64,000 nucleotides of DNA from an uncultured Bacteroides sp. Its GTDB lineage: Bacteria > Bacteroidota > Bacteroidia > Bacteroidales > Muribaculaceae. The position numbers and the translations under genes were made by a program. Position 1 is the stretch's first letter; each line of letters begins with the position of its first letter. Positions 52,936 through 62,440 of this stretch are shown here, one piece after another. The stretch lies in the NCBI GenBank assembly GCA_964549975.1, contig CAZJWM010000001.1, positions 146 to 64,145 on the forward strand, read 5' to 3'. Under the pieces are notes generated by a model. It searched no databases, was not told where the DNA came from, and saw only the letters and a list, made by a program, of their open reading frames with translations.

Positions 52936-52943
52936 TAACTTTG
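52936..52943 (+). promoter_or_regulatory. Candidate -7 promoter element for the GH92 fusion gene
   Basis: TAACTTTG ends 7 nt before the ATG at 52951, implying a leaderless or near-leaderless mRNA. Confidence 0.45.
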
Positions 52944-52950
52944 CGTTGCT

Positions 52951-55900
52951 ATGAACCTTAAGTTATCACTCCTTTCAGCAGCAATGCTCGGCATGAGCGT
53001 CTCCGCAGCGGAGGCCGCCACGCCGTCGGAATTGGTGTGCCCGTTTGTTGGCACCACCAACTTCGGAGCCACCAATCCGGGCGCCGTACTGCCGTGGGGC
53101 ATGATGTCGGTGAGCCCGTTCAACGTCACCGGCTCCTCCATGAATCGCTACGACAAAGACGCCCGCTGGTGGTCCACACCCTTTGAGTTTACCAACAGTT
53201 ATTTCACGGGCTTCTCCCACGTGAACCTCAGCGGCGTGGGGTGCCCCGAAGGTGCAGCCATCATCACCACGGCCACCTCCGGCGACTTCGACCCCGACTA
53301 TCACAACTACGGCTCGCGCTACGCCTCGCAAGTGGCCCGTCCCGGCTACTATGGGCTGACGCTCACCGACCAAAAGATTCAGGCCGCAGCCACCGTGACG
53401 CAACGCACCTCGCGCGAAGCGTTCACCTTCACCGAAGGTGGCACCGGCAGCATCCTGCTGAACCTCGGCGTGGCCTTGAGCAACGAAGTGGGTGCCACAG
53501 TGCGCCGCGTCAGCGACACTGAAATCGAAGGTTCGCGCCTGTTAGGCACATTCTGCTACAACCCCGGGGCAGTGTTCCCCGTCTACTTCGTAGCGCGAGT
53601 GAGCCGCGTGCCCGCCGTGCAAGGCGCATGGAAGATGCAGCCCGCTCTGAGTGGCGTGGAAGCCGAATGGACACCCGACAACGGAAAATACAAACTCTAC
53701 GACAACTACACTCGCACACTCTCCGGCGACGACATAGGCTATCGCTTCACCTACACCGACCTCCGGCCCGGCGAAACCATCGAGCTGAGCCTTGCCATCA
53801 GTTTCGTGTCAATCGAAAACGCCCGCGAAAACCTTCAGGCCGAACAACCCGAAGGCACCACCCTGACGCAAATAGCCGACGCAGCCACCTCGCTCTGGAA
53901 TGACGAATTGGGCAAAGTGAGCGTCAGCGGCGGCAGCGAGGAGCAGCAGCGCGTGTTCTACACGGCGCTCTATCATTCGCTGATTCATCCGAGCGTCATC
54001 TCCGACGTGTGCGGCGAATATCCCGCAATGGAGAGCGGCGCCACCGCCCATTGCCACACGCCGCGCTATTCGGTGTTCTCGCTGTGGGACACCTATCGCT
54101 GCCTGCACCAGCTGCTCACACTGGTCTACCCCGACCGCCAACTCGACATGCTCCGCACCATGACGGCCATGGTCTCGGAATGGGGCTGGTTGCCCAAGTG
54201 GGAACTTTTTGGCCGCGAAACGTGGACCATGGAGGGCGACCCCGCCACGTGTGTGATCGTCGACTCATGGCGCAAAGGCCTGAAAGAGTTTGATATCGAC
54301 ATGGCCTACGAGGCGATGGTGAAATCCGCCACCACACGTGGCGCCGACAACCTGATGCGCCCCGACATCGACCCCTACGCCGCCAAAGGCTACATCCCCA
54401 TGGGATATTATGCCGGCGACCTCAGCGGCGACAACTCCGTGAGCCATGCCTTGGAATATTACGTGGCCGATGCAGCCCTCGCCGCGTTGGCTCGCGAGCG
54501 CGGCGACGCCTCGCTGGCCGACACTCTGGAGCGCCGCAGCCACGGATGGCAACACTATTTCGACTACTCGCTCGGCTGCCTGCGTCCGCTCAATGCCGAC
54601 GGCTCATTCCTCTCGCCCTTCGACCCCGCCGACGGCGCCAACTTCAGCAATGCCCCCGGATTTCACGAAGGGAGCGCGTGGAACTACAGTTTCGCCCTAC
54701 CCCACGACGTCGACGCCATGATTGCCGCACACGGCGGCGCCGACACGTTCTGCCAACGCTTGCAAACGGTGTTCGACAGCGGACTCTACGACCCCGCTAA
54801 CGAACCCGACATTGCCTACGCATATCTCTTCAACCGCGTGCCCGGACAGGAGTGGCGCACCTCCACCGAGGTTGACCGCATCCTGGCCCGCAACTACACC
54901 ACCGCTCCCGACGGCATCCCCGGCAACGACGACTGCGGCACCATGAGTGCATGGGCCGTCTTGTCGATGCTCGGTCTCTATCCCGAGTGCCCCGGCACTC
55001 CCACCTACACCCTCACCGCCCCCACCTTCGACAACGCCACCGTCAAAACCGCCGGTGGCACGCTCACCATCACTGCCGAACGTCTCTCCCCCTCAGCCCG
55101 CCACATCAAAGAGGTGACACTCGACGGCCGCAAAATCGACGGATTCACCATCGATCACGCCGACATCACCAACGGCGACCACACACTGCACTTCACCCTG
55201 GAGGTGCGCCCCGTGGAGATGGTTGACCCGAAAATCGGCAGCGGCGACCATGGCCACGTGTTTGTGGGCGCAAACGTGCCCTTCGGCATGGTGATGCTCG
55301 GCCCGACATCCTTCCCGCAATCGTGGGACTGGTGTAGCGGCTACCACGACACCGACAGCACCCTCATCGGCTTCAGCCACACCCACCTGAGCGGCACCGG
55401 CATCGGCGACCTCTTCGACGTGACACTCCTGCCCGTCACCTCCGCCCCCAAAGCCTACACTCGCGAAGGTCTCACACGCCAAGCACTGCGCTCCACTGAG
55501 CAAGTGCGCCCCGGCTACTACGCCGTGGATATCGACAACGGCGTGAAAGCGCAAATGAGCGCCACGGCTCGCGTGGGCATCAGCCGATACACCTATCCCG
55601 ACTCCGTGACCCGCCCTATGCTCGTGATCAACCTGGAGGATGGCGGCTGCTGGGATGCCGTGACCGAATCGTCGCTCCACCGCGACTCCGCCGGCCGTCT
55701 GCTTGGTCTGCGCCGCTCCAAAGGCTGGGCAAAGGATCAATACGTCTATTTTGCCATCGAATTTTCGCGCGCTCCCGCCTCTGTGGAAACTTGCGGCAAA
55801 CACCACCATCTGCTGACGTGGGCCGACAACTCTGCGCCCATCACCGTGAAAGTGGGCATTTCGCCCAACAGCGAAGCCGCCGCAGTGGATAACCTGCAAG

Positions 55901-57219
55901 AAATCGCCGACTTCAACCTCGAGCGCGTAGCCGCCGAGGCCTACTCGCTCTGGGACAACGAACTGCAAAGCATCACCGTGGAGAGCGACAACGAAGCCGA
56001 CCTGCGCACATTCTACACCGCGCTCTATCACAGCTACTTCTTCCCCGCCACATTCTCCGACCGCAGCTCCACCACCCCTGCCTACACCATCTACTCGCTT
56101 TGGGACACCTATCGCGCCGAGATGCCGCTGCTGAGCATCACCCAGCCTAAGCGCTATCCGCAGATGATTAACTCAATGCTCGACATCTTCGACCGCCAAG
56201 GCCGCCTGCCGGTGTGGCACCTCTGGGGCAACGAAACAGACTGCATGGTGGGCAACCCCGGCATCATCCCCGTGGCCGACGCCGTGGTGAAACACGTCGA
56301 CGGCGTTGACACTCAACGCGCCCTGCGCGCAATGATTGCCACAGCCAACGACACCGCTCGCGGCGGCGGCCTGCGCCAACACTACGGCTACATCCCCAAC
56401 GACCTCTTCAGCGAAGGCATTGCCTACGACATGGAATATGCCATTGCCGACGGCGCCATTGCCAACGCAGCCCGCACGATGGGCCGCACCGACGTGGCCG
56501 ACGAGTTCACTCGCCGCAGCCACTCGTGGCGCAACTATTTCGACGCATCCACCGGTTTCGTGCGCGGCAAGATGGCCGACGGCTCGTGGCGCACGCCCTT
56601 CGACCCGAATTTCGCCTCCCACCGCGTGAACGACTATTGCGAGGGCAACGCCTGGCAATACACCTGGCTGGCTCCGCAAGACGTTGACGGCATCATCGCT
56701 GCCCACGGCTCGCGCGAAGCTGCCGTTGCTGCACTGGATTCGCTCTTCACCACCGACGCCGTCATCAGCGGCGAAGACGCTTCGCCCGACATCAGCGGCC
56801 TCATCGGCCAATATGCCCACGGCAACGAACCTGTTCACCACGTGATCTATCTCTACACGATGCTCGGCGCACCCGATCACGCCGCCGACCGAGTGCGTCA
56901 AACTCTCAACGAACTCTATTTCGACGCCCCGGCCGGACTGAGCGGCAATGAAGACGCCGGACAGATGTCGGCCTGGTATGTGCTCTCCTCGCTGGGATTC
57001 TACCAGCCCGAGCCCGCCGGCGGTCGCTATTGGTTTGGCTGGCCTAAATGGCGCAGTGCCTCGGTGAAGGTGCCGGGCGGAGAGATGCGCATCACCAAGG
57101 ATGGCGACGGCGCCCACATCTTCTCTGTGGAACTCAACGGCACGCCGCTCAACCGCTTCTACATCACTCACGACGAACTGATGGCCGGCGGCACTCTCCG
57201 TTTCATCATGAAAGATTAG
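52951..57219 (+). CDS. Tandem GH92-GH92 fusion (putative alpha-mannosidases)
   Basis: 1422 aa holding two complete GH92-like units. Unit 1 (to about nt 55200): PFVGTTNFG...FSHVNLSGVG...ANEPDI...GNDDCGTMSAW. Unit 2 (from about nt 55201): DPKIGSGDHGHVFVGANVPFGM...FSHTHLSGTG...HGNEPVHH...GNEDAGQMSAWY. There is a single N-terminal signal peptide. Confidence 0.88.
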   Translation: MNLKLSLLSAAMLGMSVSAAEAATPSELVCPFVGTTNFGATNPGAVLPWGMMSVSPFNVTGSSMNRYDKDARWWSTPFEFTNSYFTGFSHVNLSGVGCPEGAAIITTATSGDFDPDYHNYGSRYASQVARPGYYGLTLTDQKIQAAATVTQRTSREAFTFTEGGTGSILLNLGVALSNEVGATVRRVSDTEIEGSRLLGTFCYNPGAVFPVYFVARVSRVPAVQGAWKMQPALSGVEAEWTPDNGKYKLYDNYTRTLSGDDIGYRFTYTDLRPGETIELSLAISFVSIENARENLQAEQPEGTTLTQIADAATSLWNDELGKVSVSGGSEEQQRVFYTALYHSLIHPSVISDVCGEYPAMESGATAHCHTPRYSVFSLWDTYRCLHQLLTLVYPDRQLDMLRTMTAMVSEWGWLPKWELFGRETWTMEGDPATCVIVDSWRKGLKEFDIDMAYEAMVKSATTRGADNLMRPDIDPYAAKGYIPMGYYAGDLSGDNSVSHALEYYVADAALAALARERGDASLADTLERRSHGWQHYFDYSLGCLRPLNADGSFLSPFDPADGANFSNAPGFHEGSAWNYSFALPHDVDAMIAAHGGADTFCQRLQTVFDSGLYDPANEPDIAYAYLFNRVPGQEWRTSTEVDRILARNYTTAPDGIPGNDDCGTMSAWAVLSMLGLYPECPGTPTYTLTAPTFDNATVKTAGGTLTITAERLSPSARHIKEVTLDGRKIDGFTIDHADITNGDHTLHFTLEVRPVEMVDPKIGSGDHGHVFVGANVPFGMVMLGPTSFPQSWDWCSGYHDTDSTLIGFSHTHLSGTGIGDLFDVTLLPVTSAPKAYTREGLTRQALRSTEQVRPGYYAVDIDNGVKAQMSATARVGISRYTYPDSVTRPMLVINLEDGGCWDAVTESSLHRDSAGRLLGLRRSKGWAKDQYVYFAIEFSRAPASVETCGKHHHLLTWADNSAPITVKVGISPNSEAAAVDNLQEIADFNLERVAAEAYSLWDNELQSITVESDNEADLRTFYTALYHSYFFPATFSDRSSTTPAYTIYSLWDTYRAEMPLLSITQPKRYPQMINSMLDIFDRQGRLPVWHLWGNETDCMVGNPGIIPVADAVVKHVDGVDTQRALRAMIATANDTARGGGLRQHYGYIPNDLFSEGIAYDMEYAIADGAIANAARTMGRTDVADEFTRRSHSWRNYFDASTGFVRGKMADGSWRTPFDPNFASHRVNDYCEGNAWQYTWLAPQDVDGIIAAHGSREAAVAALDSLFTTDAVISGEDASPDISGLIGQYAHGNEPVHHVIYLYTMLGAPDHAADRVRQTLNELYFDAPAGLSGNEDAGQMSAWYVLSSLGFYQPEPAGGRYWFGWPKWRSASVKVPGGEMRITKDGDGAHIFSVELNGTPLNRFYITHDELMAGGTLRFIMKD

Positions 57220-57247
57220 TTTTTACACATATATTACATATAGAAAT

Positions 57248-58093
57248 ATGAAATCGAAAGACGAACTCATCGACGACCTCCTCACTCTGGCCTTTGCCGA
57301 AGACGTGGGCGACGGCGATCACACCACTCTGAGCACCATCCCCGCTGACGAACGCGGCAAGCAGCGCCTCATCGTCAAAGACACTGGCATCTTGGCCGGA
57401 GTGGAAGTGGCCCGCAAGGTGTTCCATAAATTCGACCCCGATCTGAAGATGACGGTGTTTATCACCGACGGCACCCCCGTGAAACCGGGCGACGTGGCCT
57501 TTGAAGTGGAGGGCAAGGTGCAGTCGCTGCTGCAAACCGAGCGCATCATGCTCAACATCATGCAACGCATGAGCGGCATCGCCACCACCACCCACCGATA
57601 TCAGCAGGAACTCGCCGGACTGAAAACCAAGGTGATCGACACCCGCAAGACCCAACCCGGCATGCGCGTGCTCGACAAGGAGGCCGTGGCCATCGGCGGC
57701 GGCGGCAACCACCGCATCGGCCTATTTGACATGATTCTGATTAAAGACAACCACGTGGACTTTGCCGGCGGAATACCGCAGGCCGTCAAAGCCGCCAAGG
57801 ACTACTGCGCTCGCACGGGCCGCTCGCTGAAAATAGAGGTGGAGGTGCGCAATGAGCAGGAAATCGACCAGGCACTGGAAGCCGGAGTGGACCGCATCAT
57901 GCTCGACAACTTCACCCCGGAGCGCACTCGCCCCGCCGTGGAGCATATTGCCGGACGTGCCGAAGTGGAATCTTCGGGCGGCATCACGCTGGAAACGCTT
58001 CGCGCTTACGGCGAATGTGGCGTGGACTTCATCTCCGTGGGCGCGCTGACCCACAGTGTGCGCGGCCTCGACATGAGCTTCAAAGCCTGCTAA
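57248..58093 (+). CDS. nadC: Nicotinate-nucleotide pyrophosphorylase (quinolinate phosphoribosyltransferase)
   Basis: 281 aa with TRKTQPGMRVLDKEAVAIGGGGNHRIGLFDMILIKDNH and ...VESSGGITLETL. Confidence 0.93.
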   Translation: MKSKDELIDDLLTLAFAEDVGDGDHTTLSTIPADERGKQRLIVKDTGILAGVEVARKVFHKFDPDLKMTVFITDGTPVKPGDVAFEVEGKVQSLLQTERIMLNIMQRMSGIATTTHRYQQELAGLKTKVIDTRKTQPGMRVLDKEAVAIGGGGNHRIGLFDMILIKDNHVDFAGGIPQAVKAAKDYCARTGRSLKIEVEVRNEQEIDQALEAGVDRIMLDNFTPERTRPAVEHIAGRAEVESSGGITLETLRAYGECGVDFISVGALTHSVRGLDMSFKAC

Positions 58094-58117
58094 TCCGTCA
58101 AGAGATAACGCAACAAA

Positions 58118-58158
58118 TTAGCCGCGTTCTCCCCATCACATCGGGTGAACGCGGCTAA
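58118..58158. terminator. Hairpin between convergent genes (possible bidirectional terminator)
   Basis: TTAGCCGCGTTC...GAACGCGGCTAA forms a 12-bp stem with a 17-nt loop. Confidence 0.55.
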
Positions 58159-58174
58159 ACTATATCTTGGGCTA

Positions 58175-59842
58175 TCAGATGAATAGCAGAATCAGCAGTT
58201 GGGCTATGACCACGCGGATGAACATGGTCAGCGGATAGACCGTGGCGTAGGCCACGGCGGGATTATCCGTCGTGGGCGAATTTTCGTTGGCATAAGGCAG
58301 GGCCATGGGGTTGGCCATGGCGCCGCAAAGCATACCGCAGGCCGAACCGAAGTCGAGCCGGCCCCAGCGCATTGAGGCCACAATCATCACCACCGACGGA
58401 ATCAGCGTGATGGCAAAACCCAGACCAATCCAGAGCAATCCGTTGGCACACATCAGTGTCTCCACAAAGTGCTCGCCGGCACTCAATCCCAAGCAGGAGA
58501 GGAATAGCGACAGGCCTATGCCGCGGAGCATCAGGTTGGCGGAGCGCGTGGTGTAGGTCACCAGATGAAATTGCGGCCCGAAGCGGCCCATGAGGATGCC
58601 CACAATGATTGGGCCACCGGCCAAACCGAGCATCACCGGTGCCGACGTGCCGGGAATGTAGATGGGTATTGCGCCGACAACCAGTCCGAGCACCACTCCG
58701 ATGAATATGGCGGCGAGGTTCGGCTCCTTGAGGTCGGCGGTGGTGTTGCCTAAGAGTTTGGCAACGTTTTCAATGGCGCGGGCTTCGCCCACCACGGTGA
58801 GGCGGTCTCCGAGTTGGAGAATCAGTCCGGGTGTGGCCAACAGGCGCACTCCGGCGCGGCTCACGCGCGAGATGTTGATGCCGTAGGAGTTGCGCAGGCG
58901 CAGCGACCCGAGGCGGCGGCCGTTGAATTCGGCGCGCGACACCACCACGTGTTTCGACACGAGTTTAGAGTCGATGGCGTCCCAGTCGATGTCTTCTTTG
59001 TTCCAGTCTTTCGACTCCTGTTCGCCGAAAATCATTGTCAGGGCGTCAACTTCGTCGTCGGTGGTGACCACAAGCAGGCGGTCGCCGGCGCGTAACACCG
59101 ACTCCGATGATGGAATCGACACCTCGCCGTTGTGCCACAGGCGCGAAATCACAAATTGATGGTGCGACAGCTCCACCACATCTTTGATGCGGTGGTTAAA
59201 CAGACCCGGATTCTGCACCTGATAAGCGGCCACAAAGGTGTGGTCGGCATCGGCGTCGCGTTCCACGGGCTGCAAATCCTTGTCGCGGGTGAAACATTTA
59301 CGCACAATGGCCATGGCGATAATCACGCCCACCACGCCCAGAGGATAGGTCAGTGCGCAACTCAGAGCTGCGCCGGTGGAGGGTTCACCGAGTTGCTCCA
59401 GGGTTTGCTGAGCGGCGCCGAGGGCCGGGGTGTTGGTGGTGGCTCCGCAGAGCACGCCCACCATGTCGCCGATGTGGAGATTCAGCCCCAAGGTGAGCGC
59501 CACGGTCATCAGCGTGCCCAGCATCACTGTGGCCAGGCAGAGCATATTGAGTTTGACTCCGCCGGTGCGAAACGAGCTGAAGAAGCCGGGGCCTACCTTC
59601 AGGCCGAGTTCGTAGACAAAGAGCACCAAGCCGAAACTTTGTGCATAGTTGAGCATCTGCGGATCGATGTTCAGGCCGAGGTGTCCGGCAAGAATGCCGG
59701 TGAAAAACACGAAAGTCACACCCAGCGACACGCCCCAAAACTTGATTTTACCCAAACCAAGTCCCACGGCTATAATCAGCGAGAGCACAATCAGAGCCTG
59801 CAGTGGCGAGTGCTCCACCAGCAGAGTGTCAATCCAGTTCAT
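58175..59842 (-). CDS. YidE/YbjL/AspT-family transporter with two RCK_C (TrkA-C) domains
   Basis: 555 aa. Two hydrophobic halves flank two soluble repeats (AGDRLLVVTTDDEVDAL; LGDRLTVVGEARAIENV). Confidence 0.85.
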   Translation of the reverse strand: MNWIDTLLVEHSPLQALIVLSLIIAVGLGLGKIKFWGVSLGVTFVFFTGILAGHLGLNIDPQMLNYAQSFGLVLFVYELGLKVGPGFFSSFRTGGVKLNMLCLATVMLGTLMTVALTLGLNLHIGDMVGVLCGATTNTPALGAAQQTLEQLGEPSTGAALSCALTYPLGVVGVIIAMAIVRKCFTRDKDLQPVERDADADHTFVAAYQVQNPGLFNHRIKDVVELSHHQFVISRLWHNGEVSIPSSESVLRAGDRLLVVTTDDEVDALTMIFGEQESKDWNKEDIDWDAIDSKLVSKHVVVSRAEFNGRRLGSLRLRNSYGINISRVSRAGVRLLATPGLILQLGDRLTVVGEARAIENVAKLLGNTTADLKEPNLAAIFIGVVLGLVVGAIPIYIPGTSAPVMLGLAGGPIIVGILMGRFGPQFHLVTYTTRSANLMLRGIGLSLFLSCLGLSAGEHFVETLMCANGLLWIGLGFAITLIPSVVMIVASMRWGRLDFGSACGMLCGAMANPMALPYANENSPTTDNPAVAYATVYPLTMFIRVVIAQLLILLFI

Positions 59843-59851
59843 ATAATGCGT

Positions 59852-60943
59852 TTAGTGGAAGCGTGAAAAATATTGTTGCAGCACTTCGGAGGCTGCGGTG
59901 AATGAGCTTTGTTGGTTGGCAAGCACGGCGGCTTGCTTGAGTTGGAGGGTGGCGGCAATCTCGGGATTGCGATAGAAGTGGTTGCGCAGCTGTTCGTCGA
60001 TGGTTTCGCGCATCCAATATTGGGCTTGCCGGCTGCGACGTTCTTCGAAATATCCGTTGCGCTCAACGTAGTCGAAGTAGCGGTCAATCATGTCCCACAC
60101 TTCAGCAATGCCAATCTCGAAATAGCCGGAATAGGTCAACACTTCGGGCTTCCAGCCGGAGGCTGTGGGCGGGAAGAGCTGCAGGGCGCTGCGAAATTGG
60201 GCCTGGGCCAACTGTGCGCGGTTGATGTTGTCGCCGTCGGCTTTGTTGATGACAATGCCGTCGGCCATCTCCATGATGCCACGTTTGATGCCCTGGAGCT
60301 CGTCGCCGGTGCCGGCAAGTTGAATCAGCAGGAAGAAGTCCACCATGGAGTGAACGGCGGTTTCGCTCTGACCCACGCCCACGGTTTCGATGAAGATGTT
60401 GTCAAAACCGGCGGCTTCGCAGAGCACCACTGTTTCGCGGGTTTTGCGAGCCACGCCACCCAACGACCCGGCCGAGGGGCTGGGGCGGATGAAGGCGCCG
60501 GGATGGGTGCTGAGTTTCTCCATACGGGTTTTGTCGCCGAGGATGCTCCCCTTGGTGCGTTCACTGGAGGGGTCGATGGCGAGCACGGCGAGTTTGCCGC
60601 CGCGTTTGAGCACGTGAAGTCCGAAAACGTCGATGCTGGTCGACTTGCCGGCACCGGGCACGCCGGTGATGCCTATGCGGCGCGACTTGCCGGAATGGGG
60701 CAAGCAGCGGGCTATCACCTCCTGGGCCAGGGCCTGGTGTTCGGGGGTGAGGCTCTCCACGAGGGTGACGGCACGCGAGAGCATCGTCACGTTGCCGGCG
60801 AGAATGCCTTCCACCATCTCCGACACCGACGGCATCGGTTTGCGGCGCACTCGCGTGAGATATGGGTTGGTCACCGGCGGCTGAGCCACTCCGGAGTTGA
60901 CGGTCAAGCCTTTATATTCGGCATCGTTTTCGGGATGATTCAT
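59852..60943 (-). CDS. meaB: Methylmalonyl-CoA mutase accessory GTPase (MeaB/ArgK)
   Basis: P-loop GITGVPGAGKST, ETVGVGQSE and NKADG motifs. Confidence 0.9.
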   Translation of the reverse strand: MNHPENDAEYKGLTVNSGVAQPPVTNPYLTRVRRKPMPSVSEMVEGILAGNVTMLSRAVTLVESLTPEHQALAQEVIARCLPHSGKSRRIGITGVPGAGKSTSIDVFGLHVLKRGGKLAVLAIDPSSERTKGSILGDKTRMEKLSTHPGAFIRPSPSAGSLGGVARKTRETVVLCEAAGFDNIFIETVGVGQSETAVHSMVDFFLLIQLAGTGDELQGIKRGIMEMADGIVINKADGDNINRAQLAQAQFRSALQLFPPTASGWKPEVLTYSGYFEIGIAEVWDMIDRYFDYVERNGYFEERRSRQAQYWMRETIDEQLRNHFYRNPEIAATLQLKQAAVLANQQSSFTAASEVLQQYFSRFH

Positions 60944-62025
60944 TGCTTTATGGGGAGTTCTGCGGTGATGCGCACCACGGTGAGCGACTCTTCGGGGTCG
61001 TTGGAAATCACCGATATGCGCGCGTTGATGAAGTCGTTTTGGGCTTTCGAGGGGTCGAAGCTCACTGTGAGCGTGGCTTTCTTCCCCTTCTTGATTTTTG
61101 AGGCGGAGAGGTTGGTGGCGGTGACGGTGGGGTCGTCACACTGCACTCGGCGCACCTCCAGCGGGTCTTTGCCGTTGTTGGTGATGGTGAAGCTCACTTG
61201 GCAGGGCTCGGTGGGGTTGATGCTTCCGAGGTCGATTTTCTTGTTGTCAACGCTGATGGAGGGGGCGTTAAGGCGTTGGCCGGGGGTGAGCTGGCTGAAG
61301 TCTTCGCTCAGCAGGGTGAAGCATCCGAGGCTGTCGAGGAGCGTCGCGCCGTCGTTGAGGGCAAATTTGAAGTCGTTGATGCCCCAGTCGAGACCGGGTT
61401 TGAGGGTGTTGAGGGTGAAGGTGATGATGGTCTGTTCGCCGGGGGGCACGGCGGCAGGGCGAGCCTGGGCGGTGAGACACTCGGGCATGGCTGAGAATTG
61501 CGGCACGATGGTGTCGGCGCTGCGGTTGTAGGCCTCAATGAAGATGGTCTTCATTTTGCCGCGTTTCACGTCGCCGAAGTTCACTTGATCGTTGCGAAGC
61601 ATAAGGGCACCGGCCTCATAGGGATAGCGCGAACGCAGAGTCTGCGTGGCGCCGATCACCACGCCTTCGATGGTGAGGGTGTGTTGGCGTGCGGGCTCCG
61701 CCGAGGTGGTCACGTAGATTTTCTTGTCGAAACGGCCGGGGCGACCGTTGGCATTGTAGGCCACGCTGACCACGGCGGTGTCGCCGGGGGCCACGTCGCC
61801 GGTGGGATATTCCGGGGTGGTGCATCCGCAGGTCACTCTGGCGTTGATGATGCGCAGAGGGGCGTCGCCGGTGTTCACCATGCGAAATTCGGTTGACACC
61901 TGCCCGAGGTCTTCGGAAAACACGCCGAAGTCGTGGCTCTTGGAGAGCCACTCCACGCTGCTTTGGGCCGAGGCTCCAAGGGCGCAGAGTGCCGAGGCGG
62001 CGAGAGTGAGCGAGAGTTTATTCAT
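60940..62025 (-). CDS. Multi-DUF1573 secreted protein
   Basis: Signal peptide and repeated DUF1573-type units (HDFGVFSEDLGQVSTEFRMVNTGDAPLRIINARVTCGCTTPEYP, and others). Confidence 0.8.
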   Translation of the reverse strand: MNKLSLTLAASALCALGASAQSSVEWLSKSHDFGVFSEDLGQVSTEFRMVNTGDAPLRIINARVTCGCTTPEYPTGDVAPGDTAVVSVAYNANGRPGRFDKKIYVTTSAEPARQHTLTIEGVVIGATQTLRSRYPYEAGALMLRNDQVNFGDVKRGKMKTIFIEAYNRSADTIVPQFSAMPECLTAQARPAAVPPGEQTIITFTLNTLKPGLDWGINDFKFALNDGATLLDSLGCFTLLSEDFSQLTPGQRLNAPSISVDNKKIDLGSINPTEPCQVSFTITNNGKDPLEVRRVQCDDPTVTATNLSASKIKKGKKATLTVSFDPSKAQNDFINARISVISNDPEESLTVVRITAELPIKQ

Positions 62026-62440
62026 TGGCTGAGGGGATAATCACGCCTTTGATGGTGAGCACGGGTTTCCCGGCGCGACCGCGCACGTTGGTGCGCACGG
62101 TGATGCGTTTGTCAAATTCGCCGCGCTGACCTTTGGGGGAGAAACGTATGGTGATTTCGCCGCTCTTGCCGGGGGCAAGGGGCTTGGGGTCGAATTCGGG
62201 GACGGTGCAACCGCAGATGGCGCTGACGGTGACGATGGCCAGCGGAGCGTCGCCGGTGTTGGTGTAGGTGAATTTACATTCCACGGTGCCGCCGTCGGCT
62301 TTGATGGTGCCAAAGTCGTGGGTGGTGGTGGCGAAGGTGATGGCCGGAGCGCCTTCTTGGTTGGCCTGACGTTTAGCCAAGAGGGTTAGCGGCAGGAGCA
62401 CGGCCACCAGTGTCAATATCAGTGATGCGAGTCTGTTCAT
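62018..62440 (-). CDS. Single-DUF1573 secreted protein
   Basis: HDFGTIKADGGTVECKFTYTNTGDAPLAIVTVSAICGCTVPEF. Overlaps both neighbours by 4-8 nt, so probably an operon. Confidence 0.8.
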   Translation of the reverse strand: MNRLASLILTLVAVLLPLTLLAKRQANQEGAPAITFATTTHDFGTIKADGGTVECKFTYTNTGDAPLAIVTVSAICGCTVPEFDPKPLAPGKSGEITIRFSPKGQRGEFDKRITVRTNVRGRAGKPVLTIKGVIIPSANE

